From Mobula hypostoma (taxonomy: Eukaryota): DNA of 64,000 bases. The position numbers and the translations under genes are program-made. Within the stretch, counting starts at the first letter, position 1; each line of letters starts with the position of its first letter. The notes beneath the pieces were generated by a model. That model ran no database searches, was not told where the DNA came from, and was given only the letters and a program-made list of their open reading frames with translations. The stretch is taken from positions 6,636,001 through 6,700,000 of the forward strand of contig NC_086101.1 of the NCBI RefSeq assembly GCF_963921235.1. The letters are read 5' to 3'. This document shows positions 23,976-36,400 of the stretch, one piece after another.

Positions 23976-26900
23976 CACGGGGTATAAAGAAAACGATATT
24001 TAAGATTCATTGTGTTATTTTCTGATTCAGCTCAGGTTATTCACATACGCATTCACAGATAAAGCAGATGCTGCACACATGTTCAAGGCCACAAGAAAAC
24101 ATCTCATTAGAACCAGCACAAATGCAACACTGATAGAAAAATCAAAAGTCTGCAGTAGTTGCAGTACAGAATCAAAATAATTCTTATCATTCACTGAGCC
24201 GATCTCTGCAATGTCAGAAGGGTGTCACAGATCCAACAATTGTTCTCAAACTTCTCCATCCCTATTCCCTCTCCCCTCATCTAAATCTCAACATTAACAC
24301 CGGTGGTGATCTAGCCTCAGACAAAACTCTCCCATTATACAAAGAAAATGCCCTTTTTATACCTTTTAAGATTACATCAAAGCATAACATAACCATAATC
24401 ATCACCCCAGTATTTTTCTGTAGCTTGGTGGTTCCAGCTGAATCCTATTATCTCTGACGACCTTCAGCCCAGACACAGAATTTAGGAAGAAGGAGACAAC
24501 AGGTCTGTAAGGAGGAAAACACTCTTCGTCGGTATTTCATCTTCATGATGTGCATTCAAAAGAGACAAGACATTGGTCAATATGAGGGAAAACAGACCAT
24601 TACCACATTCCAACCTGACACTATTTTGTCTTTGAAGTTCCATTTTAATTCAGCAAGTAGCAAGGAGGAATCACAATTAACTCTTTCCTTACACTGGGAA
24701 ATGCACCTTCTCCAGTGTCTCCCGGAGTTGAGGATGACACATTTTCACTCCAGAACTGAGGTGATCGATGAGACCAATGTGGGATCTGCAGTGTAGGATT
24801 AGTGTAAGAGAGTGAATAATGGTTGAGGAGATTCGGCCTGTATCTGAGCTGAATTTTGCATTTCAAATGTGACTTTCATTTATAATAAAAATGTATACAA
24901 AATACTAAACACGGTATGAAAAATATTTTACATTCTGAGTGCCATTTGGTCAATCCAGTCAGTCATGTTCACATTGTTTAAACCATTGCCACTCAGGTTG
25001 TCTCAGAGGTGATGCAACTTTTCAATGTTGGCAGCATTCCCTGACGGACATCTGGCTGTGCTGGGAGACCAACAGGTTTCGGGCGGACCAAAGAGCGTCT
25101 CTCAGTGAGTTGATGATCTTCTAGCAGCAGTTTCCGTGCTGAATGACTCAATGTCACTGAGCTCACCGGAAACAGGAACATCAGCCCTGAGGCCGGCAGG
25201 TCAAATGTCTCTTGTTTACAGAGAGACAGTGAAATATTGCACCCTGCAGGAGCCCAGGCCTGACTTGAGGGTCCTGCCTTCTGTAATACGTCACTGATGT
25301 GGAAGGAAGGAGTTGTGTTTAGAGCTGTGTGTGTGTGTGATCTGTTGGATGAACTGAGAGATTATGGGGTGTTGGGAGGGTTGACACACACGATTAGGAG
25401 AGGTCGGATCAGACAGGTCACTGGGCCTGACTAATCTGCGGAAACAGAATCAGAATTCGGTTTATTATCTCTGTTATATCTGATATGAAATGTGTCGCTT
25501 TGCAGCAACAGTGCAGTGCACAGACATAACATCACTATGAATTATAAAATAAATAGAGCAAGTGAAGGAATAATGGGGTAATCAGTGAGAATCAAAGAAG
25601 ACGGTTGTGGTGTTTGGAGCTGATCATCTCAGCCACAGGACAGAATCCTTGGCCCAAACACCCTCAGCTGCTTCACCAACGACCTTCTGTCCATCGTAAG
25701 GTCAGAGGTCGGGATGGTCACTGATGACGACACCACCTACCACTCCTCAGATAATGAAGCAGCCCACAACACAAATGCAGCAAGACCTGGGCAATATCCA
25801 GGCCTGGGCTGATAGGTGGCAAGTGACAATCACACCACACAGTGTCAGGCAGTGATATCTGAGGAAGGGATCTCAGGAATCTAAGACAAGTTGGAAAGTT
25901 TATAAAATGTTTAAACTAGGTTCCTTACAATCTGGGAAATTATGATTAAATTAATTAGACCAAGGGAAAAGGTCACTGAGAGGTGACGATATGACAGTCA
26001 GTACAGTGATTAGACTGTGGATGTGTTCAGTCAGCAAGGTGAAGCTCACTGGATCAAAGGTAAACAGGTGGAGGTTGGATTGCAGACCACGGCAGGAGAG
26101 TTTATCATCAGATAATGAGAGTCTCGGCAGAAAACCAGGGTCAGAAATGAAGACAATGAATTACAGACAGCACTGGGAAATGGTTGTCAGTGAGATAGTG
26201 AGAGACCACAGAGAAACAATTAAAGATCGAATACTACAGAAAAATGTAGGTTCCTGATGAATTTTTATGAAATCCACATGTCACCATTGTATAACAGGAA
26301 CCCGTAAGATCATTGACTCAGTGGAGTTCTTTGCGATGACACGGGAAGTATTCCCCGATGTTCACTGTAACAGGGTCTGAATAAACTGACTTGTTCCCGA
26401 AACCCACCACTGTTGTCTGGCAGGTTCTTTCTGTGCAGTTCCATCTGAACCGTATTTTAGTGGGAGACTGGTCCCGACCGACACCCACAACCCAACCCCC
26501 AGTCCCTCTGTCCCTCGAGCTGCTACTGTGGAAGCTGCCTGATGAAGACTGTCGGACTCAGTGACGTGGAGATTGCAGAGCAACACACTTAAAATACCAG
26601 AGGAGTGAAATGGACAATCGACATCTCAGTTCGAGGACCTTCATCCGGACTGTCCCAACCTGGAATATCTTCTGTCTATTTTTCTCCACAAATGCTGTCT
26701 GATCCGCTGAGTTCCTGCAGCCATTCTATTTTCAGTCCAGATTCCTGCATTTACAGTCCCTTGTGAATCTATTTTCAGGACTTGCCCTTTCAGTTCTGCC
26801 GTAGACTAAACCAAGCTCTTCTCTCCGGCTTTATCTATGTGAGACTTGTTTAATGTGTTTCTGATCCCTGCTGTGGAAATGAACACGATTCCTGCTCACT

Positions 26901-26977
26901 GAAAAGGAACATTCATTCCCGAGACTGCAGCGCCCCTAGAAGACAATCGCGGTACCGCCGGCGTTCAGCAGCTCCCC

Positions 26978-26988
26978 GAAAGTGAAAG
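26978..26988 (+). promoter_or_regulatory. ISRE/IRF-element-like motif about 30 bp upstream of the TRIM ATG
   Basis: GAAAGTGAAAG fits GAAANNGAAA; it lies in a CpG-enriched stretch next to an AGGAAG ETS-like core. Confidence 0.55.
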
Positions 26989-27019
26989 GATCCTGAACCA
27001 GGAAGAGCCGGGAGTTAAC

Positions 27020-27430
27020 ATGGCTTCCAAAGGGCAGGTCGAGAGTTTAACCGAGGAGGTAATTTGTCCCATCTGCCTGGAATTCTTCGCCGATCCGGTT
27101 ACACTGGACTGCGGACACAACTTCTGCCGCTCCTGTATCACACGGTGTTGGGAAAGGGAGGAGAGAAACTCCTGCCCGGAATGTAGAGAGGACTTTGCAG
27201 ACCGCACCCTCAGGGTCAATCGGGCCTTAGCAAATCTGTCTGAGAAAGCTCGAAAACTAAACCTGAATCCGAAAGGGAAGGAAAGTAAACTTCGCTGCGA
27301 GAAACATGAGGAAGAACTGAAGCTGTTTTGTGAGACGGACAAGACACTGATCTGCCTGATCTGTAGAGATGCGCGGGAACACAAGTCTCACAACTTCATG
27401 CCGGTTATCGAAGCCGTTGAAATCTACAAG
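27020..27430 (+). CDS. TRIM exon 1: RING (C3HC4) and B-box 2
   Basis: CPICLEFF...CGHNFCRSC...CPEC and CEKHEEELKLFCETDKTLICLIC...HKSH; donor AAG|GTAAAA. Confidence 0.97.
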
Positions 27431-30400
27431 GTAAAAATAACCAGGTTTTGACCAGCTGTTTACTTAGTTACATATCTTGGTCTAATGTCTTTACTCTCTG
27501 ATTCCCAGGGTCGGGTTAAATCTTCCTTAGACTCTCTCACAAAAAATAAATCTGATTTTGAGGAAATGGAGCAACAACAGAAAGAGAAGATTTCTGGAGT
27601 TCGGGTGAGACTTCCTGAGCAGAATTTACAAATTCGCTGTGTGGTTTTGTTCCCTTTAATGCAGAATGGCAGAGTATTGCAGCTCCAGTACCTGGGATCG
27701 ATCCTGACCCCTGGAGCTGTCTGCGTGGAGTTTGCATGTTCTCCCCGTAACCAGTTCCGTCCTTTAGCCGACACTGCGTGGTTGAACGGTAAAGTGGCGA
27801 CTGTAATTAACCTTGTGATTGTGGGTGGTCTGTGAATCAGGTCGGAGTTAGTGGGTCAGAGAAGGAATATATGTTTCAGGGAGACGTGGGGGAATGTGAT
27901 GGAGGGGATTGTTCTGAGAACCAGCAGAGACTTTAATGGGCTGAATGGTTACCTTCCATGTCAGAAAGGAATACAGAAAATAGCCTCAAATAGTAAACTA
28001 GCCTCTCCTTTCATTGACAGGAACAGTCACACAGCCTTCAGTCACAGATCACATCCCATTTTACTGAACTGCGCAGGGTTCTCACTGAGAAAGAGCAGCA
28101 CACACTCCGAGATCTGAGGGAAGAAGAGGAGAGGATTCTGAATGCAATGGTAAAAAATCTTCGAGAGATTCAAGAGAATTTAAATTCTATCCAGGAGGAA
28201 ATCTCAAAGTTACAGGAACAGATGGATCAACAAGAAAATATCACATTCCTCATGGTGAGCGATTTCAGTTTGTTTCTGTAAAAGTGCACAGTCACAAAAT
28301 GATGTATTTTATCTCAAATACTGAGGTTGGAAACTGATTTCCACCATGTTGATGTCTTGACTGTTCAGAATTGTCATTGTCCCAAACCGGCCTCCCACAA
28401 CATCTGTACATCACAGGACAGTCTGCAACCTTCTCGGGAATGAGTTACTCTGATCAGAGCACTGAGCTGGTGTTCATTTCTGTGATTCCCACGTATAATA
28501 TCCCTGATACTCAGAGTAACACCCAGTTACAGTCACAGGCTGTGAGTGTGCTTCTGATATTCTCTTCACCACATTTCCTGTGCGATTTATTAACAATCAA
28601 ATGATGTTTTATCTTTGACTTTTGGTCTTGTGAAAACAGAAATATTTTCTCCAGTCCCACCTCATCAAATCCATTTGGAATGTTAAATTCTGGCATCTGA
28701 TCCTCCCTGACAACGTATCCAGATAAAAATGCACAACCTGTCCAGTCTCTCCTGTAAGATCCATCCTTTCAGTTATGATACAATTTTCATAAACATTCCT
28801 TGTACTTTCTCCCGTGATTCTGTGTTCCTCTTTCTCCATGTGTGTCAGTAGGAGTGAGTTAAGTGGGAGTTTTCAAATTTTCAAAGGTACATTTAATGTC
28901 AGAGAAATGTATACAATACACATCCTGAAATTCTTTTTCTTCACAAACATCTACGAAAATGAAGGCGTGCCCCAAAGAATGATTGAGTTAAATGTTAGAA
29001 CCCCAAAGCCCCCCCAGCTCCCCACTCCCACGCATAAGCAGTAGCAAGACAACAACCACCCACCCTCCCTCACCAGCAAAAAAACATCAGCACCCTCCAC
29101 CGAGCACTCAAGCGTGCAGCAAAGCATCAATAAAGACAAAGACTTGCAGTACCCCAAAGACTAGTCGCTCACCCAGTGATTCAACATAACACAGGCTCTC
29201 TCTCCCCGAAAAGGGAAAAAGAAGTGACCCATTTCACAGCGAGAGGGGAAACATAAGAAACAACTCACCGATTTACGATGTTAAAAGTGTGTTGCGTTGT
29301 TTTTTTCAAGCTCTGTGCCAAAAGAACGCAGGTCTCGGGTCACACAGCCAGCAGCCAGCTTGTTTCTTTCGATCTTCCATCTCACACGACACACCGATTC
29401 CCTGCAGAGGCACCGACCTCGAGTCTGCCCACCTCCAGAGCCACAAAATCCTGGAACTCTGAAGGTGTGCTAGTCTTCTAGGCTGTGTCCTCGATATATT
29501 GAACAGTGGCCAGCCGTGAGACCCCAAGAGTGGGTCTCATTCCCGCAAAGAACTGAAGTCAGCATGTAACTCCAGGTCAGGGTCTTCAAAAGAACCCTGA
29601 AAGGGAAAAGTAGAGATACTAAAGATAGAAATAGAGCTGCTTCCTAAGATGCTAGCAAAGCAATCACCGTTAGACGCCATCGTCCTCCTCAGCTACCAGC
29701 AGCTTTTAATAACTTTGCTTAGATTCCTGCTATTGGGATGCCAATGGTCAGTCTCAGTCAGTTGAGATCTGTGTTTGATTTATTTCAGGAGGAAGCTCGT
29801 CGGAAGAGAAGGTAGGACATGGTCTTTACTGGATAGTTCAAATGTCGCTGATGCTCAGTTTATAATTGCATGTCTAATATTTACAGGATCAGTGATGATG
29901 CCCAGTCATTGTCAGTAACAGATGGTGCCCTACTGGCTGAAAAATTCTATCACCCCTATTTGTTCGACATAACGTTGGGAGAAGCGTTTGATGTTATTAA
30001 GCGAGGTAAAACATACAGATACATTTGTCCTTATTTCAGACATAAATAATAATTTGGCTGTAAGAATAGGCTGAAGGGGAAGTGAAGTTTATTCCGGCAA
30101 CAACCCCACCTGCAGGGAGGCATCACCGTCACGTGATCATCTGGAGATGTCAGACCCCTGAACACACCAACACTGGGGCAAAATATAACCACTTCACGGA
30201 ACTGTTAGATAAACCACAGCGTCCTGATCTCATTCATGCTGGACAAAATATGTCAATGCATGTGCTTGCATCCTGCCACAGTAGCTCTGGAATTAATATT
30301 TCATTAATGACATTAAAGGGGATAAAATCTGTTACCACTGTGGTGACAAGGATTGTCAGAAAAATACACCAGGCCTTCGAGCTGCTCACCGTGTCTGACC

Positions 30401-33400
30401 TGTCCGTGACCGCAGTCTGATTGACTCAACTCTGCCCCCTGCTGGACTCGCGAGTCTCACTGTTGTTATCAAACCAGCACATTGAAGCATCGTCAGACTG
30501 AGCCCGGACACACCGATCAGCATTGACCTCGGTGAATGATGGGAGAAGCTCACACAGCATAACCGGTCTGACGAATCTCCCTCACACACATACACAAGAA
30601 GCATTGGCAGATTATAGTCAGAGCATCAGCATTGAGCATTGTTATTTTCCTCAGTGACATGGAAACTATTCTCTCTCTTCAGACACAGTGAAGGTTTTTA
30701 CTTGAACAATTCACACACATGTCACACAGTGCCAACAAACATTGGGCATGTGAAGACACACTGTAACATAAAATACTTCAATATCCACCCTTACCTTCAA
30801 TGTGAACACACACTCACTGATATTTACCACAACCAACACACACTCACACACAGTGACAGATATCCAATATCCAAATGCACCATCAGAGTGGGGCACATCA
30901 CCAGGGAAACAGGCACATTTCCGTGTGTTTGTCCAATATTCCTCTAACCATTTCCTATCCGTGTACCTGTCTAAATTTATTTTACAATATATTAATTATA
31001 CCTGTTTCTACGGCGTCCTCTGACAGCAAATTTCACTTGTACCCACTTCCCTCAAAGATTGCTTAAAAAACTCTCTCCTCAATCCCTGCCCTCTGCTTTT
31101 GGACTCTGCTATTCTGGGGAAAGAGACCATGTGTATACACTTTACATCTGCCCTCATGATTTTATATACCTTGAAAAGGGGTCCCCCCTCAACATCCAAC
31201 GCTCCAGGGAAATAGCCCCAGCTTATCCAGTCTCTGCTTTTAACCCAAGCCCTCCAGCCCTGGTAACATCTTCCTGTAATGACATCCTTCCCAGAGTCGG
31301 GGACCCAGAAATGCACAGAATACTCCAAGTGTGGCCTATGATCAACATCAAAGGCCTTGGTGAAGTTCATGTGGACAATGTCTACCACCCTGTCCTGGTC
31401 AATCCTCTCTGTCACCTCTTCAACAAACTGGAATTTGTGAGACGTCATTTTCCATGCACAATGCCATGCTGACTGTCCCTGATCAGTCCTCGTCTTTCCA
31501 AATGCTGTTCGATCCTGTCTCTCAGAAACTTTCCCACCACTGACGTTCGGATTACGGACTGGACTTCCCTACTATGTTCTCCCCGTGACTGTGTGGGTTT
31601 CCTCGAGGTGCTCCAGTTCCTCCCACAGTTCAATTATCCTGTTGTTAGGCTCAGATTAAATCAGGGGTTGCTGGGTGATGTGGGTCATTGTAACTTGTCC
31701 CATGGTCAGGCTTGGATTAAATCAGGGGTTTCTGGGTGGTGGGGGTCATTGTAACTTGTCCCATGGTCAGGCTCGGATTAAATCAGGGGTTTCTGGGTGG
31801 TGGGGGTCATTGTAACTTGTCCCATGGTCAGGCTCGGATTAAATCGGGGTTTCTGGGTGGTGGGGGTCAAAGGGCCGGAAGGGCCTATTCCGTGCTGTAT
31901 CTCAATAAATAAATTACAGCTGATGAAAGTGCAGTAGACATCGCCTCCATGGAGTTTAGCGAGGGATTTGACAAGGTAGCAGAGAGTTAGATCACATGGG
32001 ATACAGTATGATCTGGAATAGGATACAGAATTGTCTGGGTGGAGTCCTGTGACCAGCGGTTGTGCTGCTGGGATCGGTGCTGGGTCCACTGTTTTTCATC
32101 ATTCATATGAATGATTTGCCGAGAATGTAGCTGAGGTGTTAAGTAGGTTTGTGAAGGACTCTAAAATTGGTGGTTTCATGGACAGTGAAGAGGTTATTTA
32201 TTTATTTAGATACAGTGTGAAACAGGCCGTCCCAGCCCAATGACCTGCTCCACCCAGCAACAGTCACTCTTCAACGTTAGCCTAATCAAAGGAGATTTTA
32301 CAATGACCAATTAACTTCCTAACCAGTTTGTTTTTGTACTAGAGTCATAGAGTGACAGAAAAGTACAACACAGAAACAGGCCCTTTGGCCCATCTAGTTC
32401 ATGCCATCACATTTAAACTGCCTACTCCCATCAACCTGCACCGTGACCATAGTCCTCCACACCTCTGTGATCCATGTATCTGTCCAAACTTTTCTTTAAC
32501 CTCCAGTTGTAGTCCTGTCGCATTTACTCTCCTCATAATTTTGCATACCTCTCTCAAATCTCCCTCAGCGTACTACCTTACAAGGAATAAAGTCTTAACT
32601 TGTTCCATCTTTCCTTATAAATCAGGTCCTCCAGTCCGAGCAACATTTCTGGAAATGTTCTCTGTTCTCTTTTATCCTTATTTATATCTTTCTGGCAGGT
32701 AGGTGACCAAAACTATACACAATATTCCAAATTATGTCTCACCAACATCTTACACAACTTCAGCATAACATCCCATCTCCTGTACTGAATACTTTCATTT
32801 ATGAAGGATAATGTGTCAAAAGCTTTCTTTTATGACTCTAAATAAGAGAAAATCTGCAGAAGCTGGAAATCCAAGCCACACAGACCAAATGTTGGAGGAA
32901 CTCAGAAGGTCAGGCAGCTTCGATGGAAATGCATAAACCGTTAATGTTTTGGTCTGAGATTTTGTTTGTGTTGTTTTGGATTTCCAGCATCCGCACTCTT
33001 TCTTGCCTTTATGATTTTGATCACTCTGAACTGTTCTGGTTATGTATCTGCAGGAAGGATGTTATTAAACTGAGAGGGTATAAAACAGATTTACAAGGAT
33101 GTTACTGGACTGGAGGGTTTGGGTTATAAGGAGAGGCTGGATATTTTGGGACGTTTTCCTGGAGCTCAGGAGGCTGCCAAAGGAAACTAGAGGTGGGTAC
33201 AGTTACAATGATTTATAAGACATCAGGACAGAGCATAGAACATAGAATAGTACAGCACATTACAGGCCCTTCGGCCCACAATATTGTGCCGACCCTCAAA
33301 CCCTGCCTCCCATATAACCCCCCAGGATAAATTCCTTCATATACCTGTCTAGTAGTCTCTTAAACTTCACTAGTGTATCTGCCTCCACCACTGACTCAGG

Positions 33401-36400
33401 CAGTGCATTCCACACACCAACCACTCTCTGAGTAAAAAACCTTCCTCTAATATCTCCCTTGAACTTCCCACCTCTTACCTTAAAGACATGCCCTCTTGTA
33501 TTGAGCAGTGGTGCCCTGGGGAAGAGGCGCTGGCTATCCACTCTATCTATTCCTCTTATTATCTTGTACACCTCTATCATGTCTCCTCTCATCCTCCTCC
33601 TCTCCAAAGAGTAAAGTCCTAGCTCCCTTAACCTCTGATCATAATGCATACTCTCTAAAGCAGGCAGCATCCTGGTAAATCTCCTCTGTACCATTTCTAA
33701 TGCTTCCACATCCTTCCTGTAGTGAGGTGACCAGAAATGGACACAGTACTCCAATTGTGGCCTAACCAGAGTTTTACAGAGCTGCATCATTACATCGCGA
33801 CTCTTAAACTCTATCCATTGACTTATGAAAGCTAACACCCCATAAGCTTTCACACCATAAGCTACCCTATCTACCTGTGAGGCAGCTTTCAGGGATCTGT
33901 GGACATGTAGCCCCAGATCCCTCTGCTCCTCCACACTACCAAGTATCCTGCAATTTACTTTGTACTCTGCCTTGGAGTTTGTCCTTCCAAAGTGTACCAC
34001 CTCACACTTCTCCGGGTTGAAATCCATCTGCCACTTCTCAGCTCACTTCTGCATCCTATCAATGTCTCTCTGCAATCTTTGACAATCCTCTACACTATCT
34101 ACAATACCACCAACCTTTGTGTCATCTGCAAACTTGCCAGCCCACCCGTCTACCCGAACATCCAGGTCGTTAATAAAAATCACGCAAAGCAGAGGTCCCA
34201 GAACAGATCTTTGTGGGACACCACTGGTCAGAACCCTCCAATCTGAATGTACTCCCTCCACCATGACCCTCTGCCTTCTGCAGGTGAGCCAATTCTGAAT
34301 CCACCTGGCCAAGCATCCCAAGATCCCATGCCTTCTGACTTTCCGAATAAGCCTACCGTGTGGAACCTTGTCAAATGCCTTACTAAAATCCAAATAGATC
34401 ACATCCACTGCAGTACCCTCATCTATGTGCCTGATCACCTCCTCAAAGAACTCTATCAGGCTTGTTAGACACGATCTGCCCTTCACAAAGCCATTCTGAC
34501 TGTCCCTGATCAGACCATTATTCTCTAAATGCCCATAGATCCTATCTCTAAGAATCTTTTCCAACAGCTTTCCCACCACAGACGTAAGGCTCACTGGTCT
34601 ATAATTACATGGACTATCCGTACTACGTTTTTTGAACAATGGGACAACATTCGGCTCCCGCCAATCCTCCAGTATCATTCCCGTGGACAACGAGGACATA
34701 AAGATCCTAGCCAGAGGCTCAGCAATCTCTTCCTTCGCCTCATGGAGCAGCCTGGGGAATATTCCGTCAGGCTCCGGGGACTTATCTGTCCTAATGTATT
34801 TTAACAACTCCAACACCTCCTCTCCCTTAATATCAACATGCTCCAGAACATCAACCTCACTCATATTGTCCTCACCGTCATCAAGTTCCCTCTCATTGGT
34901 GAATACTGAAGGGAAGTATTCATTGAGGTCCTCGCTCACTTCCACAGCCTCCAGGCACATTTTCCCACCTTTGTCTCTAATTGGTCCTGCCTTCACTCCT
35001 GTCATCCTTTTGTTCTTCACAGAATTGTAGAATGCCTTGGGGTTTTCCTTTACCCTACTCGCCAAGGCCTTCTCATGCCCCCTTCTTGCTCTTCTCAGCC
35101 CCTTCTTAAGCTCCTTTCTTGCTTCCCTATATTTCTCAATAGACTCATCTGGTCCTTGCTTCCTAAACCTCATGTATGCTGCCTTCTTCCAGCTGACTAG
35201 ATTTTCCACCCCACTTGTCACCCATGGTTCCTTCACCCTACCACTCTTTATCTTCCTCACCCGGACAAATTTATCCCTAACATCCTGCAAGGGATCTCTA
35301 AACATCGACCACATGACCATAGTACATTTCCCTGCAAAAACGTCATCCCAATTCACACCCGCAAGTTCTAGCCTTATAGCCTCATAATTTGCCCTTCCCC
35401 AATTAAACATTTTCCTGTCCTCTCAAATCCTATCCTTTTCCATGATAATGCTGAAGGCCAGAGAATGGTGGTCACAGTCCCCCAGATGCTCACCCACTGA
35501 GAGATCTGTGACCTGACCCGGTTCGTTACCTAGTACTAGATCTAGTATGGCATTCCCCCTGGTTGGCCTGTCCACATACTGTGACAGGAAGCTGTCCTGG
35601 ACACACTTAACAAACTCTGCCCCATCTAAACCCTTAGAACTAATCATGTGCCAATCAATATTAGGGAAGTTAAAGTCACCCATGATAACAACCCTGTTAT
35701 TTTTGCACCTTTCCAAAATCTGCCTCCCAATCTGCTCCATTGTATCTCTGCTGCTACCAGGAGGCCTATAGAATACTCCCAAATAGAGTAACTGCTCCCT
35801 TCCTGTTCCTGACTTCCACCCATACTGACTCAAAAGAGGATCCTGCTACATTACCCACCCTTTCTGTAGCTGTAATAGTATCCCTGACCAGTAATGCCAG
35901 CCCTCCTCCCCCCCCCATCCCTTTTAAAACACTGAAATCTAGGAATATTGAGAATCCATTCCTGCCCTGGTGCCAGCCAAGTCTCTGTAATGGCCACTAC
36001 ATCATAATTCCACGTATGTATCCAAGCTCTCAGTTCATCACCGTTGTTCCTGATGCTTCTTGCATTGAGGTACACACATTTCAGCCCTTCTACCTTACTG
36101 TCTTTACACCGTTTATTCTGTTTCTCTTTCCTCAAAGCCTCTCTATATGTTAGATCTGGCTTTACTCCATGCACTTCTTTCATTGCTCTATTGCTCCGGG
36201 TCCCATCCCCCTTGCAAATTAGTTTAATCCCTCCCGAACCATGCTAGTAAACCTACCTGCAAGGATATTGCTCCCCCTCGAGTTCAGGTGCAACCCATCC
36301 AATCTGTACAGGTCCCACCTTCCCCAGAAGAGATCCCAATGATCTAAAAATCTAAAACCCTGCTCCCTGCACCAATTTCTCATCCACGCATTCAACTGCC

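Larger units (their letters stand above)
22830..23978 (+). repeat. Segmental duplication, copy 1 (direct copy at ~51450-52746)
   Basis: Shared CR1-to-unique junction ...GTCTGTGTCAGTTG...TTCCCAGACTTCTG and shared downstream block ...CTGCTGGACAGTGGGGAGC...CCCGACTGGGTGAAA. Confidence 0.8.

Noticed and set aside
31647..31869. CRISPR-like array
   Set aside because: Head-to-tail repeats without unique spacers, in vertebrate DNA, with no cas genes.
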